In this document: positions 35,883 through 46,490 of the stretch, piece after piece
How the letters are laid out: each line of letters opens with the position of its first letter
How positions within the stretch are numbered: position 1 is the first letter of the stretch
Virus record (IMG/VR): IMGVR_UViG_2887198475_000002
Direction: 5' to 3' (one strand)
Length of the DNA stretch: 64,000 bases
DNA from: a virus
Lineage: Duplodnaviria > Caudoviricetes
The notes under the pieces: generated by a model
Database searches by the model: none
Told to the model about the DNA's origin: nothing
What the model saw: only the letters and a program-made list of their open reading frames with translations
Position numbers and translations under genes: made by a program

Positions 35883-37232
35883 CTAACTGTAGCCAGGGCC
35901 AGTCCTCTGGCCAGTGCCCACGGCTTTGTCAGAGGATTCCTTCGCCAGACGTGCATGCTCCTGCGTATCGGCTGTCGCCGCCTCCGCGTCTGCCTGGGCC
36001 TTGGCCGCCTGTTCCTGGGCCGCATCCGCGGCCGTCGTGGCAGCCTCCTCCGCCTGTGTGGCGGACAGCTCGGCGGCGATCCTCATGCGGGTGGCCATCT
36101 CGCCCGGGTCGCCCAGGTCGAGCCCTGTCATGGCCTCCAAGGCGGCCTCGGTCACGACATCGCCCACCGGACCGAGTATGGCCTCCATCATGTCATCAAG
36201 GGACGATGTCTCGATGATGTCCCCAGTGACCACCATGGCCTCGCAGTTCACCAAGACGGCCTTGGCGTCCAGCACCAGTAGCTCTGATGAGGCCACCGCC
36301 ACCGGGCCGCCGCCGCCCACCTTGGTTGTGCCGGCCGCCCGCACGACAGCGTCCCCGCCGGTGCTGATCAGAGAATCGCCGACGATCTGAGCTGTCAGGT
36401 CCCCGCCTGCATTGACCTTGACCGCGCCCGCCGCTTGCACGCTCGCGTCGCCACCGGCAGCGATGCGCGCGTTGCCGACTGCCTGCGCCGTGACATCGCC
36501 GCCCGCCGTGACCGTGGCGTTGTCGGGCGTCTGCACCGTGATAGGCCCTCCTGCCGACACGTCCGCGGAACCGGCCACATGCACGGTGGCGTTGCCGCCC
36601 AGCTTCACCGTGCCGTTGCCGGTATAGTAGATTTCGAGGTTCCCGCCGCTCTCGATCAGCGTGTCCCCGCCTGGGCGGATGCGGGCCTTGAACGTCTCCG
36701 TGACGATGGTGATCGTGGGAGGATCGTTCTTCGGCAACTCCCAATTCTCGTTCGCCCCGTAGGGCGTCAGATCCTCGTGCTCGTCTGCCGGCCCTGATTC
36801 TGAATCGAAGCCGATCCGCACATAGGCGCCGCCCGTGTGATGAAATTCATAGCTACCATCAGGAGCGATCTGTTGCAGCGTGCCAGAGGGGTGCCTCCAC
36901 AGCAGGTCACGGTCCTGCTGATCCTCCGTGAACATGATCTGCGAGAGCGGGTGCGGGATGAAGCCGATCACGACCGACCGCCCCTCGACCTTCGCCACCA
37001 TGGCGAGCGTTGTTCGCTCCTCGTCGTTGGGATGCAGCCCGCCAGCTTCCAGCTCGGAAGGCGGGCGAGGGAGGTTATGCATTGACCATGCGCCCGTATC
37101 GGAACTGACGAACCAGTTCAACACGGGGACATTGTTCTCGCGCCAGCCGTCGTCGCAGTAGACGATTTCGACGCACCGGCGCTGCGGCCACACGGCAACG
37201 ACCTGGGCAAAGCGGAGGTTCATATTGGTCAT
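35883..37232 (-). CDS. Baseplate central spike (gpV/gp5-like)
   Basis: OB-fold-like N-terminus, RHPSGT..QI.PDG, periodic xxGGxxxV beta-helix repeats. Confidence 0.8.
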   Translation of the reverse strand: MTNMNLRFAQVVAVWPQRRCVEIVYCDDGWRENNVPVLNWFVSSDTGAWSMHNLPRPPSELEAGGLHPNDEERTTLAMVAKVEGRSVVIGFIPHPLSQIMFTEDQQDRDLLWRHPSGTLQQIAPDGSYEFHHTGGAYVRIGFDSESGPADEHEDLTPYGANENWELPKNDPPTITIVTETFKARIRPGGDTLIESGGNLEIYYTGNGTVKLGGNATVHVAGSADVSAGGPITVQTPDNATVTAGGDVTAQAVGNARIAAGGDASVQAAGAVKVNAGGDLTAQIVGDSLISTGGDAVVRAAGTTKVGGGGPVAVASSELLVLDAKAVLVNCEAMVVTGDIIETSSLDDMMEAILGPVGDVVTEAALEAMTGLDLGDPGEMATRMRIAAELSATQAEEAATTAADAAQEQAAKAQADAEAATADTQEHARLAKESSDKAVGTGQRTGPGYS

Positions 37233-37239
37233 GGTGCCC

Positions 37240-37256
37240 AGGTTCCTGTCACGACT
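37240..37256 (-). promoter_or_regulatory. Late promoter motif copy 6 (leaderless)
   Basis: AGTCGTGACA-G-GAACCT; ATG 37232. Confidence 0.7.
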
Positions 37257-37335
37257 TTCCCGTGTTTTCGCCTACGAGAATGCCGGGCGGCAGCGGCGAA
37301 GCTCGACGCCTCCCGCCCCCAGCCAGATATAAACT

Positions 37336-38775
37336 TTAGCGCGAATATGGACCTTCCCTTCCCTCCTGCCAGTACGGACGCGCGGCCTGATCCCTCATAA
37401 GGAATCCGGTGCCGCGCTCAAGCGTCAGCGCAGTTTCGAACAGCTTGAGAGGACGGAAGATGTGGGACACACGGGTAATATAGGCTTCCGACACGATTGT
37501 CCCGCGCGTGAGCTGGAAGTATCGTCCGATCTTGTATTCCTCATGGCCTTTCATGACAGCCGTGACTTCTTCAAGCGCCGAGTTGTCACGATTCATTTCC
37601 TTGAGTTCGATCGCCCGATGGCGATGCCACTCGATCACCTTGTTGCCTTCCTCGATGCGCCGCTGGCCGTTGAAGCGGATTGGCGTGTCCGTCACGTCAT
37701 TCGGCAGCAGCCGCGTCTCGACAGTCATCTTGCGCTGTCCGAAAAGGGCCTGTGCAGAGTTGGGATAATCGAAATCTTGCAGGTCGCCGTTCTGTAGCGA
37801 GGCAACATTTGCCTGCACGCTGGTATCGAGCATCGAACTTCCAGGTGGCACCCAATAAAAATTGGACACCCGATAGTCAGACCGCTTCGCATCCCAGGAG
37901 ACGACATCTTCCTCAGTGCGAGCGATCAGCCCCGGGTCCTCGGCGCCCTCCATGATGAAGCCGCCGCCGTAGACGTGCTTGAGCGGCGCGGGGCGGAAAA
38001 CCAAGTCCGGCCCTTCCTCCGTGTCCTCGACAAACAGCTCGTTCCACGGCCTGTCCGCGACCAACTCGGCAAGGCGCCAAAACGGCCCCGTGAAAGGCGC
38101 GACGAGCGAGCACGAGACGATGCCCTCCGGCACGCGCGGACCGACGAGGCGGAAGGGAGGGACATAGGCGCTCGCGAAGGCGGAGAGCTGCTCCACCTTC
38201 TCGTTCATGACGATTTCCACAAGCTGCTGCATGAAGTCGAACACAGGAAGATATGCGACCTCGATCCCGGTGGCCGCTTGCAGCCGGTATGTGTCGAGGT
38301 ATGGCGACGTTTCCGATGCATAGATCGTTTCAGGCAGGAGCTGATGAATCTGCCAGAGCTTGCCCATGTCCTGGCCCGTGATGATGACTGCCCGCTGGGG
38401 CTTGCCCTCCTCGCCGGCCAGGGTTTCGGAGCGGCGCAGCTCGGAGACGAAGCCGCGCATGACCAGCGGCAGCGTGCCGCCGGCATAGCGCCACGGCTCG
38501 CGCGCCATCCGGATCTCGATCATGTCCATCGGCTCGATCAGCCCGTACAGCGTATCGAGGCCCGCCGGATCCTCTCGGTCGGCAAAGCTGATTGAGAAAC
38601 CGCCGCACGGATCAAGCAGGCTTTTCGTCGTCCGCACCACGCCGGCGTCGCCCAGCATGGAGGTTATGTTGAACTCGGCATTGGCCGTCTGCCAGCGATA
38701 GGCGACGCCATTCGCGACGCCCACCAGCTTGATGAGCCGGATCTCTATGCCGGGACTGTCGCAGCGCACTACCAT
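37336..38775 (-). CDS. Baseplate hub protein
   Basis: Between tape measure and spike; TTKSL..PCGGFSI, ITGQDMGK, PWNELFVED. Confidence 0.7.
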   Translation of the reverse strand: MVVRCDSPGIEIRLIKLVGVANGVAYRWQTANAEFNITSMLGDAGVVRTTKSLLDPCGGFSISFADREDPAGLDTLYGLIEPMDMIEIRMAREPWRYAGGTLPLVMRGFVSELRRSETLAGEEGKPQRAVIITGQDMGKLWQIHQLLPETIYASETSPYLDTYRLQAATGIEVAYLPVFDFMQQLVEIVMNEKVEQLSAFASAYVPPFRLVGPRVPEGIVSCSLVAPFTGPFWRLAELVADRPWNELFVEDTEEGPDLVFRPAPLKHVYGGGFIMEGAEDPGLIARTEEDVVSWDAKRSDYRVSNFYWVPPGSSMLDTSVQANVASLQNGDLQDFDYPNSAQALFGQRKMTVETRLLPNDVTDTPIRFNGQRRIEEGNKVIEWHRHRAIELKEMNRDNSALEEVTAVMKGHEEYKIGRYFQLTRGTIVSEAYITRVSHIFRPLKLFETALTLERGTGFLMRDQAARPYWQEGREGPYSR

Positions 38776-41700
38776 TTATGCTGAAGCTCCCCACGCCTTC
38801 GGCGCTTCGTATGCAGTGACGGGCAAGAACTCCTCGCCCCGGTCTTCGCCCTTGTCGGTTTCGTGGACCACGCGCAGCGGGGCGATGTTCGCGCTCGTGG
38901 AGACGCTGATCTGCTGCGCACCAGCGCCGGCGCCGGCCATGCCGGGCGAGCCCTGCTCGGCCAGCCGTGCGCGCTCCTCCGGCGGGAGCGCGGTCCCGTA
39001 ACCCGGCGATGGGACGGCCCCAGATGCCGCGGTTGCCGGTTCTGGCGACGGCATCCCGGTCGGGGCCTGGGGCAGATCGGCAGCAGGCTGCGGCGCATGA
39101 GCGGCCGCCGGCAGGACGATTGCCGATTCCGGCGGGCGGGGGGCGCCCGGCGGGACGATTGCCGGCCCTGGGGGACGAGGAGCGCCAGGGGGGACAGCCA
39201 TGGCGGCGCCCGGCGGCATAGCCTGGGCGCCCCCTTGCGCAGCTCCGGCCGCCGCCTCCGGCCGCGGGACCTGCGGCGCGGCAGCGATGGCCGCCCGCTC
39301 CTCCCCGATCCGGCGGAGCGCCAACGCCCCCTCTTGGTCGAACCGCCGCATGACGCTCGCCCGCTCGTTCGGGGTGGAGTTGCTGAAGCGGGTCCTGCGC
39401 TGCGCGTAGATGGCCTGCGAGATTTGCTCGTCGGTCAGACGCGCGACCTGTTCCGGGGTGCGCGCGCCCAGGCTCCGGACTGCGTCTTGCAGCACGCTCG
39501 CGCCGCCGGTTGGCCCCCGACTGCTATTCAGGCTCCGTCCAGGCCCGTGCTGCACGGCCGTAGACCAGACCACGTCACGCAAGGCGGCGCTGCGCCCCTG
39601 TAGGTCGATGCCCAGCTCGCCAGCGGTGCGCGCCAGCGGGTTATAGTGCGTGGCCTGGATGTGGGCGTGTTCGATGCCGGCGAAGCGCGGGTCGGTCGCG
39701 GCCTGCTGCCACGCCTGCCGGAACTGAGCCGTCCCTGCCAACGCCGCCCGGCTGCCGCCGGCGGCATCGAGCCGCGCAGCAATGTCGGGGGCCTCGCGCC
39801 GCAGGGTTGCCAGGAACGGCTCGACAGAGCCTCGCGCGCTGGCAAATTGATAGGTGCCATAGCTCCACCCGCCGGTGCTGTCCCGGCCGATCGCCGTGGC
39901 GCCGGCGCGCGCGCTCTCGAATCTGGCCGACAGGCTCCCTATCGGCGCGCCGTTGCCGGCTCCCCCGCCGGCGCCGGGGGGCGAGAGCTGCGGCGCCTGA
40001 GACACCCCGCCATTGGCGCCAGGAGAGAAGGCGACGCGCCCAATCCCCGGCTGCGAACCCGGCGCGCCCTCCTGCGCGCCCATTACGCCCGGCGGCACGC
40101 GCCCGCCCGCGCCACGCCCCGGGCGCGTCAGCTCCGGAGAAACAGCGCCGCCCTCCATCGGCGTGCCCGCCGCCGGCCCGTGTTCCTGACGCCGGATGGA
40201 CGGCCCGATCCAGCCGCCTCCCTGCGGCCTGTTCTCAGGCAGGCGCCAATCGCCGCGAGGCTGCTGCGGCACCTGGGCGCTCGGCCCCGGCTGCCCCTCC
40301 GGCTGCGCCGCGCCGGGCGCGGCTGGTGCGCCAGCTCGACCAGCGGAGCGCGGCTGCGCAGCCAGCCCGGGCGGCCGCGCCGGCGTGCCGGGTTGCGCCG
40401 GGCCGGGCGCTGCGCCGGGGCCTCGATCACCACCGGCAGGCCCAGCATTTGCGCCAGTTTCGGGCGCTGCGCCGGCGCCTCCCGTCACCGCCCCAGGCGG
40501 TTGCTGGGGCGCGCTGGGGCGGCCCAGGTTCGGGGCCGGGGCGCCCGCCGGCGCGGCCTGATTTCCGCCCGCCGGCGCCGAACCTCCCACCGGCGCGCCC
40601 GGCAGCGGGGCCGGGTTGGTCAGGGCATAGCGTTCGCCTGGGTCGCGGACGATCGCGGCCTCGCTGGGCGGCGGGACGGCCTGCTCGCCAGCAGTGCGCG
40701 CGGCCTCGACCTCGCCGGCCTGGGCGATCGGTGCGCCGGCGGCGGCTTCCTCCGCGGTGCGAGGCGCGCGCGCGAGCGGCGGCGGCTGGGTCGGCCGGCG
40801 CACGGCCGCGCCCGGCGGGCGGGTCGGGGTGGCGGGGAGAGGTGGAGCCGCCGCGGCTGGCGCCTGGGGCTGGCCGGCTGCCGGGACGGCAGGAGGCGCG
40901 CCGGGCGGTGCGGACTCTGCCGGGGGCGCCACCTCATGGCCGCCATCGAGAGGAGGCGCCGTGACGGTCCCCGGCATAACTTCGCGGCCAGCCTCCGGGA
41001 CCGGCACGGCCTTGCCGTCGCGCTCCGCCCAGCCTGGGGCGCTCCATCCGGCGGGGACCGGGTCGCCCTCGATCGGTCGCCAGGACGGATCAACATGCGT
41101 CGGCGTGACGCCGAACAGGCGGCGGAAGCGATCGCCGAGCGTGCGCTGCTGCGCCGGCGGCGGGGCAGTCAGAGGTTGCGGGTCAGGCGGGATCGGCTGA
41201 CCGGTCGGCGCCGGTGTCGGAGCAGGCGCGGGGGCGATCGCTCCGGCGCCGGCGACGCCAGCCACCGCACGAGCGGAGGGAGGCGCCGCCGCAGTCTGCC
41301 CACGCCCCTGGGCAGGAGGCAACGCAGGGAGCTGCGAGCCCGCACCCGGCGCGACAGAGGACGGCAGAGCGGCAGGAAGCGAAGCATCGCGCCCGTCGCG
41401 GCCGCCATCACCGGGCGCGCCTTCACCACCAGCTCCACCCGCACCGGCGGCGCTTGGAGTCTGCGGCTCCTCGCCCTGGCGCGGCACGCGCGAAGGCCGA
41501 CGCGGGAGCGGCGCGACAGCGCCGCCGGCAGGGGGAGGCAGAATAGGCGCCGGAGAAGCCGGCAGGGGCGCATTCTGCCCCCCATCGGCCCCGGGCGCCC
41601 CCGGCTGACGTGCGTATCCCTGATCGGCGCGGCGGATAATGTCGGACGACGGCCGGACAGATGCCGGCGGATAGCCGGACACCGCGCCGGGGCCGCGCTC

Positions 41701-44700
41701 GCCAGCGGGGCCGACAGCGCCGGATCCGCCCTCGCCGCCCTGGGCGCCGGCGCCACCGGCACCGCCAGCACCAGCACCAGCGGCTGGGCCAGCACCGCCG
41801 CGGCCGACTTCCGGCGCCACGGGCGGCGCAGAAAGAGGTTGCGGCCCGATCACCTGGGGGCCGGCGCCGCCGGCGCCCGGCCTGAGAACGGGCGCGGCCC
41901 CCGGCGCCGCCGGCGGGGCAGTCATGGGTTGCTGGGGTTGCGAACCGGGCGGGACCGGCTGCGCGCCAGGGCGGCCAACCTCCGCCGGCGCGGTCGGCGT
42001 CGCCCCACCAACACCCGATGCCGCCGGCGGGACAGTCAGCGGGGATGGCCCAGGCGGAATTGCCTGCGCGCCGGGGGCGCCGGCCAGCGCCGAGGCGGCG
42101 TCGCGCCCGCTCTGGCCCGCCACGCCCTCCCCGCCGGCACCACCGGCACCCGGTTCGAGAACAGGAGCTGCGCCAGCCCCCACCGGCGCGGTCGGCACTA
42201 TTCCTGGGTGTCGCGTGGGCGCCCCAGGCGCGGCCGGCGTCGTCCCACCAACACCCGGCGCCGCCGGTGGGGCCGCCAGAGGAACCGGCCCGGGCGGGAT
42301 TGCCCGCGCGCCAGCACCAGCGCCCCCCGGCGCCGCATTGCGCCCGTCCCGCCCTGCCGTGCCTTCGCCACCGGCACCGCCGGCGCCACCAGCGCCAGGG
42401 GCGCCCGGCGCCGCCGGCGGGGCAGTCAGAGGCGGCGGCCCTGGCGGAATCGCCTGCCCGCCGGCGCCGCCAGCACCAGGGGCACCCGGCATCGCCGGCG
42501 GGACAGTCAGCGGGAGCGGCGCGGGCGGAATCGCCTGCACGCCAGGGCGGCCGGCCGGCGCCTGGGCAGCGTCGCGCCCATCGCGGCCGCTCTCACCCGG
42601 CGCGCCAGCACCACCGGCGCCGCCAACACCACCCGCGCCACCGGCGCCAGCGCCAGCACCGGGGCGAAAAACAGGGCCGACGCCCGTTCCAGCCTGCGCG
42701 CCCGGCACCACCGCGGGCGGCTGCTGCGGCAGGGCACCGGCGGTCGATTGCCCGGGAGAAGGCGCGACCTGCCCCGCGGCCGGAGCCGGCCCGCCGACCG
42801 GACGGCCCAGCGCGTCAACCTGCCGCCCCCGCCCGTCAACCGAACCGGGCGCCTCGACAGCCGGAGACGCCGCCGGCGCCGCGCCAGCGTTGCTGGGATC
42901 CGGCGAGACGCGAGGCTCGTTGCCTCTCATTTCCCCCGGGTTCTGAGAGACAACGGGCGGCACCGGCACCGCTTCGCGGCGCGCCTCCGGCTGCGACGAC
43001 ACGGCCCCGACCAGAGATGCAGGGGCCTGCGTGCCCGGCGCGGGAGGGGGCACGGTCACGTTGACGCTGACGTTTGGCGGCGGGGCCGGCCGGCGCGGCT
43101 CGATCGCCGTTGGCTCGCCGCGGGGCGGCCCCTCGACCAGCCCCATCGGCGGCACGGTGGCCAACGGCTCCGGCCCGGGCGGCGGCGGAGGCGGCAATGG
43201 CGGGACTGCCGCGCGCTCTGGCGGAGGAATCGGCACGTACCAATCCGGCCGCTCCGGCGGCGGGAGCGTCGGAAGCGGCTGCGGCAGGTCGGCCGGCTCG
43301 CGCGGAGGAATCGCCTGCGGCTCCGCCGGCTCGGGCGGCTCGGGCGCGGACTGCGGCGGGACAGTCGGCAGCGCCGCCGGCCCCTCCGGCAACGGCTCGC
43401 CCTCCGGCGGCGCAGGCGGACGCTCGACCAAGGGCGGGTGCGGCGGGCGCTCGTTCGGCTCCGGCAGGGGGCTGGCCGGCGGCACCGGCACAACATCCGG
43501 CTTGCCCGGCAGCTCAGAAGCCGGGGCGGGCCGCTCCTCCTCCGCCGGCGCCTCCGCCTGGGCGCGCGGCCGCTGCGGCGCCATAGGCTCCGGAGGAGCG
43601 ACGGTGGCGGGACGAGCCGACGCACGCGGGGAAAGCGCAGCCTGGAAGGCGCGGCTGATGTCCTCTCGCGTTGCACGCGCCTGCGGAGTCTCCGGCTCCT
43701 CCTTCTCCTCCTCCCGGGGACGCTGCGGGACGAGCGGGATCGGCTCCTCCCCGCGCTCGCTCTCCGGCAGCGCGCCCTCCGTAACCTCGATCCCCTGGGC
43801 GCGCAGCTCGTCAGCCGAGAGAGGCGGGAGCTGGCGCGGCCGCGTGACGGGCGGGACCTGCTGCGCCTGCCCGCCCTGGCCTGCCGGGCGCTGCCAGGAT
43901 GGGATGGCGGAAGGCTGCGCTGCCCCCGGCTGGCCGGCGATCGCGGCCGGAGCTGTGACGCCGGGCGGCGACGCCGGCTTGTCCTCGCCCTTGCCGTTCC
44001 ACCACTCCCGCAGCCACGATCCCAGCTTCTGACCGGCCCCCTGGACCGCTTCGATCGGGGGGCGGTTGTAGCCCTCGCCCAGCGCCTCGCTGATGCGCGT
44101 GAGCGGGCGGGCAATGGCGCTGATTACGGTCTTCAGATCGTTGATGGGGGCGACGAGCCCCGTCATGGCCCCCGTCAGCGTGTTGCTGAACGAGGCCATC
44201 GCTTCGACGGTGCGCGTGCCATCGTTGGCTTCGAGCCCGCGGGCGTTGATGGCCTGGGCGAGAGCGGTGCGCAGCTCGTCATCTGTGCCCGCGCGCTGCA
44301 ATGCTTCGCGCCGCTCGGGTGGAAGCGCGATGGTGGAATCTTCGAGGAGACCCCGCCGGCGGGCCTCCATCTGCTCCCGGTTCTCCCCGGCCAGCGTGAT
44401 GAGCGGCTGTAGAGCGCCAGGGTTCACGTCCGACATGGAAATGCCGGCACGCTCGATGGTCGGGAACAGTCGGCCGATGTCACCGCCGGGCGCGGCCTGC
44501 TCGAAAGCCTCGACCTGCCGGATGGTCAGGCCCATGTCGCGCGCGATGCCCGCGCGCCGCCGGTTCGCCTGCTGCTGCGTCTCCGTCCTGGGCGCCGGCG
44601 TCTCCGGCCGCCCTGTGTACATGCGGTTCGCTTCTTCCCACTTCGCCTCGAACAGCGTCGGCGCGGTGGGATCGTCCTCAAGCTCGCCCCGCTCATTCCG

Positions 44701-46047
44701 GCGCCGGCGGATGCGGGCGAACATGCCGCCCTCCTCGATCCGCTGCCACTCCCAGGGGTCCGTGACACCGGCGCGGGTCAGCGCCCGATAGGTCAGATGC
44801 CGCGACGCCTCGCCGGCGCCGCCACCCTGCGTCAGCACCGCGTTGATGCGGTTCAGAACGTCCTCTGCTCCCTGCCCCTGCAAGCCGGGCCGGCCCAGGG
44901 AGGAGAGCGAGGAATACATGCCCGCGAACAGATCGACGTTGCTGCGGTCGGCGAGCTGGCGGTTGCTCTGCTCGGTCCAGCGCACGAGGGCGTCCATGAC
45001 CTCGCCGAAGCGGCCTGTCATGCCGCTCTCGCGCACCGCCTCGCCCACCAGGGCGGCGAAGCGCCGCGGATCCTCCCCCTGCTTGGCGGCGCGGCCCAGG
45101 CCCTGCACCACCTCGCCCGGGTCCTGGCCGTAGGAGCGCGCGACACCGGCTGCCCAGCTCACGCCAGCCTGCGTCGCCCTGCCGCTCGTCTCGTTGGTGA
45201 GCCGCGCCCATTCCAGGCTGTATCTCTGGGCCTCTTGGAAGGTCAGCCCGAAAGCGTCGGCCGTATCGCGGACCTGCCGGCGAAGCGTCTCGAAATCAGT
45301 CCCAGCATCGCGCAGGGTCTTGGACAGGCGATCGTTGGAAACCGCCTCGTCCTGGGCGTTGCCAAGCCCCTTCACGGCCATACCGCCCAGCGCCGAGATG
45401 CCAGCCAGCGCCAACCCGAACTTCGTCGCCTTCAGCAGTCCGCCGGCGCCGCCCATGTCGAGGATGCCGGACAGGAGCCCCTTGTCGGTGCCTCCCTCCT
45501 CGCCCCCTCCGCTCCCGCCACCGCCACCGCCGCCACCACCACTGCCGCGGCCGGTCATGCCCAGGCGGCGGGAGAGCCACGTATCGAGGCCGTAGAGCCA
45601 GCCAGTGCGCGTCTGATGCTGCGGATCGGGCTGGCCCGGCGCTGGGCTTGGGCCTGGGGATGGAGGAGGCGCCCATTGCGTGCCGCGAATCAGGAACGCG
45701 CCGGCATTCGCCTCGTAACGCCGCAGGTCCCGCTGGTCAGCGAAGATTTGGGCCGCGCGATCACGCAGATTGAGGACATCGACGTGCTCCGGACCGCCCG
45801 CCTCGTGCGTGATCTGCCGGGTAGCAGCGCCGGTATCGCCGCGGGCGCGCCGGAGCTGTTCGAGCTGCGCCTGCATCCGCTGCAAGTCGTCGCGCACCGG
45901 CGCGAGGGCCGGGTGCGCGGACGCCAGCACTTCCGCGAGCCGCTTGCCTTCGAGGCCGGCCGCTTTGATGGCCGCCTGGATTTGCGAAAACGCCTGGGTC
46001 GCACCGCTTGGATCGGCGCTGATCCCGATAGATACCCGACCTGCCAC
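38776..46047 (-). CDS. Tape measure protein with a very long Pro/Ala/Gly-rich insert and a C-terminal VgrG3-like muramidase domain
   Basis: Follows the chaperones; helical N-terminal part of about 680 aa; GSLSARFES...GGWSYGTYQFAS...VWSTAVQHG near 39300-39942. Confidence 0.8.
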   Translation of the reverse strand: MAGRVSIGISADPSGATQAFSQIQAAIKAAGLEGKRLAEVLASAHPALAPVRDDLQRMQAQLEQLRRARGDTGAATRQITHEAGGPEHVDVLNLRDRAAQIFADQRDLRRYEANAGAFLIRGTQWAPPPSPGPSPAPGQPDPQHQTRTGWLYGLDTWLSRRLGMTGRGSGGGGGGGGGSGGGEEGGTDKGLLSGILDMGGAGGLLKATKFGLALAGISALGGMAVKGLGNAQDEAVSNDRLSKTLRDAGTDFETLRRQVRDTADAFGLTFQEAQRYSLEWARLTNETSGRATQAGVSWAAGVARSYGQDPGEVVQGLGRAAKQGEDPRRFAALVGEAVRESGMTGRFGEVMDALVRWTEQSNRQLADRSNVDLFAGMYSSLSSLGRPGLQGQGAEDVLNRINAVLTQGGGAGEASRHLTYRALTRAGVTDPWEWQRIEEGGMFARIRRRRNERGELEDDPTAPTLFEAKWEEANRMYTGRPETPAPRTETQQQANRRRAGIARDMGLTIRQVEAFEQAAPGGDIGRLFPTIERAGISMSDVNPGALQPLITLAGENREQMEARRRGLLEDSTIALPPERREALQRAGTDDELRTALAQAINARGLEANDGTRTVEAMASFSNTLTGAMTGLVAPINDLKTVISAIARPLTRISEALGEGYNRPPIEAVQGAGQKLGSWLREWWNGKGEDKPASPPGVTAPAAIAGQPGAAQPSAIPSWQRPAGQGGQAQQVPPVTRPRQLPPLSADELRAQGIEVTEGALPESERGEEPIPLVPQRPREEEKEEPETPQARATREDISRAFQAALSPRASARPATVAPPEPMAPQRPRAQAEAPAEEERPAPASELPGKPDVVPVPPASPLPEPNERPPHPPLVERPPAPPEGEPLPEGPAALPTVPPQSAPEPPEPAEPQAIPPREPADLPQPLPTLPPPERPDWYVPIPPPERAAVPPLPPPPPPGPEPLATVPPMGLVEGPPRGEPTAIEPRRPAPPPNVSVNVTVPPPAPGTQAPASLVGAVSSQPEARREAVPVPPVVSQNPGEMRGNEPRVSPDPSNAGAAPAASPAVEAPGSVDGRGRQVDALGRPVGGPAPAAGQVAPSPGQSTAGALPQQPPAVVPGAQAGTGVGPVFRPGAGAGAGGAGGVGGAGGAGAPGESGRDGRDAAQAPAGRPGVQAIPPAPLPLTVPPAMPGAPGAGGAGGQAIPPGPPPLTAPPAAPGAPGAGGAGGAGGEGTAGRDGRNAAPGGAGAGARAIPPGPVPLAAPPAAPGVGGTTPAAPGAPTRHPGIVPTAPVGAGAAPVLEPGAGGAGGEGVAGQSGRDAASALAGAPGAQAIPPGPSPLTVPPAASGVGGATPTAPAEVGRPGAQPVPPGSQPQQPMTAPPAAPGAAPVLRPGAGGAGPQVIGPQPLSAPPVAPEVGRGGAGPAAGAGAGGAGGAGAQGGEGGSGAVGPAGERGPGAVSGYPPASVRPSSDIIRRADQGYARQPGAPGADGGQNAPLPASPAPILPPPAGGAVAPLPRRPSRVPRQGEEPQTPSAAGAGGAGGEGAPGDGGRDGRDASLPAALPSSVAPGAGSQLPALPPAQGRGQTAAAPPSARAVAGVAGAGAIAPAPAPTPAPTGQPIPPDPQPLTAPPPAQQRTLGDRFRRLFGVTPTHVDPSWRPIEGDPVPAGWSAPGWAERDGKAVPVPEAGREVMPGTVTAPPLDGGHEVAPPAESAPPGAPPAVPAAGQPQAPAAAAPPLPATPTRPPGAAVRRPTQPPPLARAPRTAEEAAAGAPIAQAGEVEAARTAGEQAVPPPSEAAIVRDPGERYALTNPAPLPGAPVGGSAPAGGNQAAPAGAPAPNLGRPSAPQQPPGAVTGGAGAAPETGANAGPAGGDRGPGAAPGPAQPGTPARPPGLAAQPRSAGRAGAPAAPGAAQPEGQPGPSAQVPQQPRGDWRLPENRPQGGGWIGPSIRRQEHGPAAGTPMEGGAVSPELTRPGRGAGGRVPPGVMGAQEGAPGSQPGIGRVAFSPGANGGVSQAPQLSPPGAGGGAGNGAPIGSLSARFESARAGATAIGRDSTGGWSYGTYQFASARGSVEPFLATLRREAPDIAARLDAAGGSRAALAGTAQFRQAWQQAATDPRFAGIEHAHIQATHYNPLARTAGELGIDLQGRSAALRDVVWSTAVQHGPGRSLNSSRGPTGGASVLQDAVRSLGARTPEQVARLTDEQISQAIYAQRRTRFSNSTPNERASVMRRFDQEGALALRRIGEERAAIAAAPQVPRPEAAAGAAQGGAQAMPPGAAMAVPPGAPRPPGPAIVPPGAPRPPESAIVLPAAAHAPQPAADLPQAPTGMPSPEPATAASGAVPSPGYGTALPPEERARLAEQGSPGMAGAGAGAQQISVSTSANIAPLRVVHETDKGEDRGEEFLPVTAYEAPKAWGASA

Positions 46048-46074
46048 GCCGCAACCCTTTCTGCGCTCGCAGAG

Positions 46075-46091
46075 AGGGTTGCGTCACGACC
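46075..46091 (-). promoter_or_regulatory. Late promoter motif copy 7 (tape measure)
   Basis: GGTCGTGACG-C-AACCCT; hairpin 46051-46082. Confidence 0.8.
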
Positions 46092-46096
46092 GGCGG

Positions 46097-46477
46097 CTAT
46101 CTGCCGGCGTCTCCCCAGCGGCTATCCGCGACGGTTTCCCAGGCGTCCCCGTCCGCCTCGTTCGCGGCGTGGACGGCGGCGACCTGGGCTTCGTGCTGTT
46201 CCGCCTTGGCGATCTGGTCTGCGGTTGGCTCCGGAGCCTTGGCGCCGGAGGCAGCGATTTGCTCCTCCAACATCGCTTCCAGCTCCGCCATTTCCTGCTC
46301 GAAATCAGGGTTGATGTGCTCGTCGCGGAGCTTGGGATTGTCCGTGACGGCGTGAGCCCAATAGTCGAGGACGATGTCCTCAACGGTCATGTCGAGGAAG
46401 CGCGGATCGGTCGGAGGAAGGCCGTAGCGGCGCCGGACATGGAAGTCCATCCGGTCAGCCAGCTCGAAGCCCCACAT
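46097..46477 (-). CDS. Tail assembly chaperone, downstream (T-like) segment, probably reached by frameshift
   Basis: FHVRRRYGLPPTDPRFLDMT; frame stays open upstream across the stop of 46491-46802. Confidence 0.65.
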   Translation of the reverse strand: MWGFELADRMDFHVRRRYGLPPTDPRFLDMTVEDIVLDYWAHAVTDNPKLRDEHINPDFEQEMAELEAMLEEQIAASGAKAPEPTADQIAKAEQHEAQVAAVHAANEADGDAWETVADSRWGDAGR

Positions 46478-46490
46478 GCGCCCGTTGCGC

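Noticed and set aside
39646-44412. 1588-aa plus-strand ORF and other long antisense ORFs
   Set aside because: Arg-rich shadow frames of the GC-rich tape measure and other minus-strand genes; no SD or domain signal.
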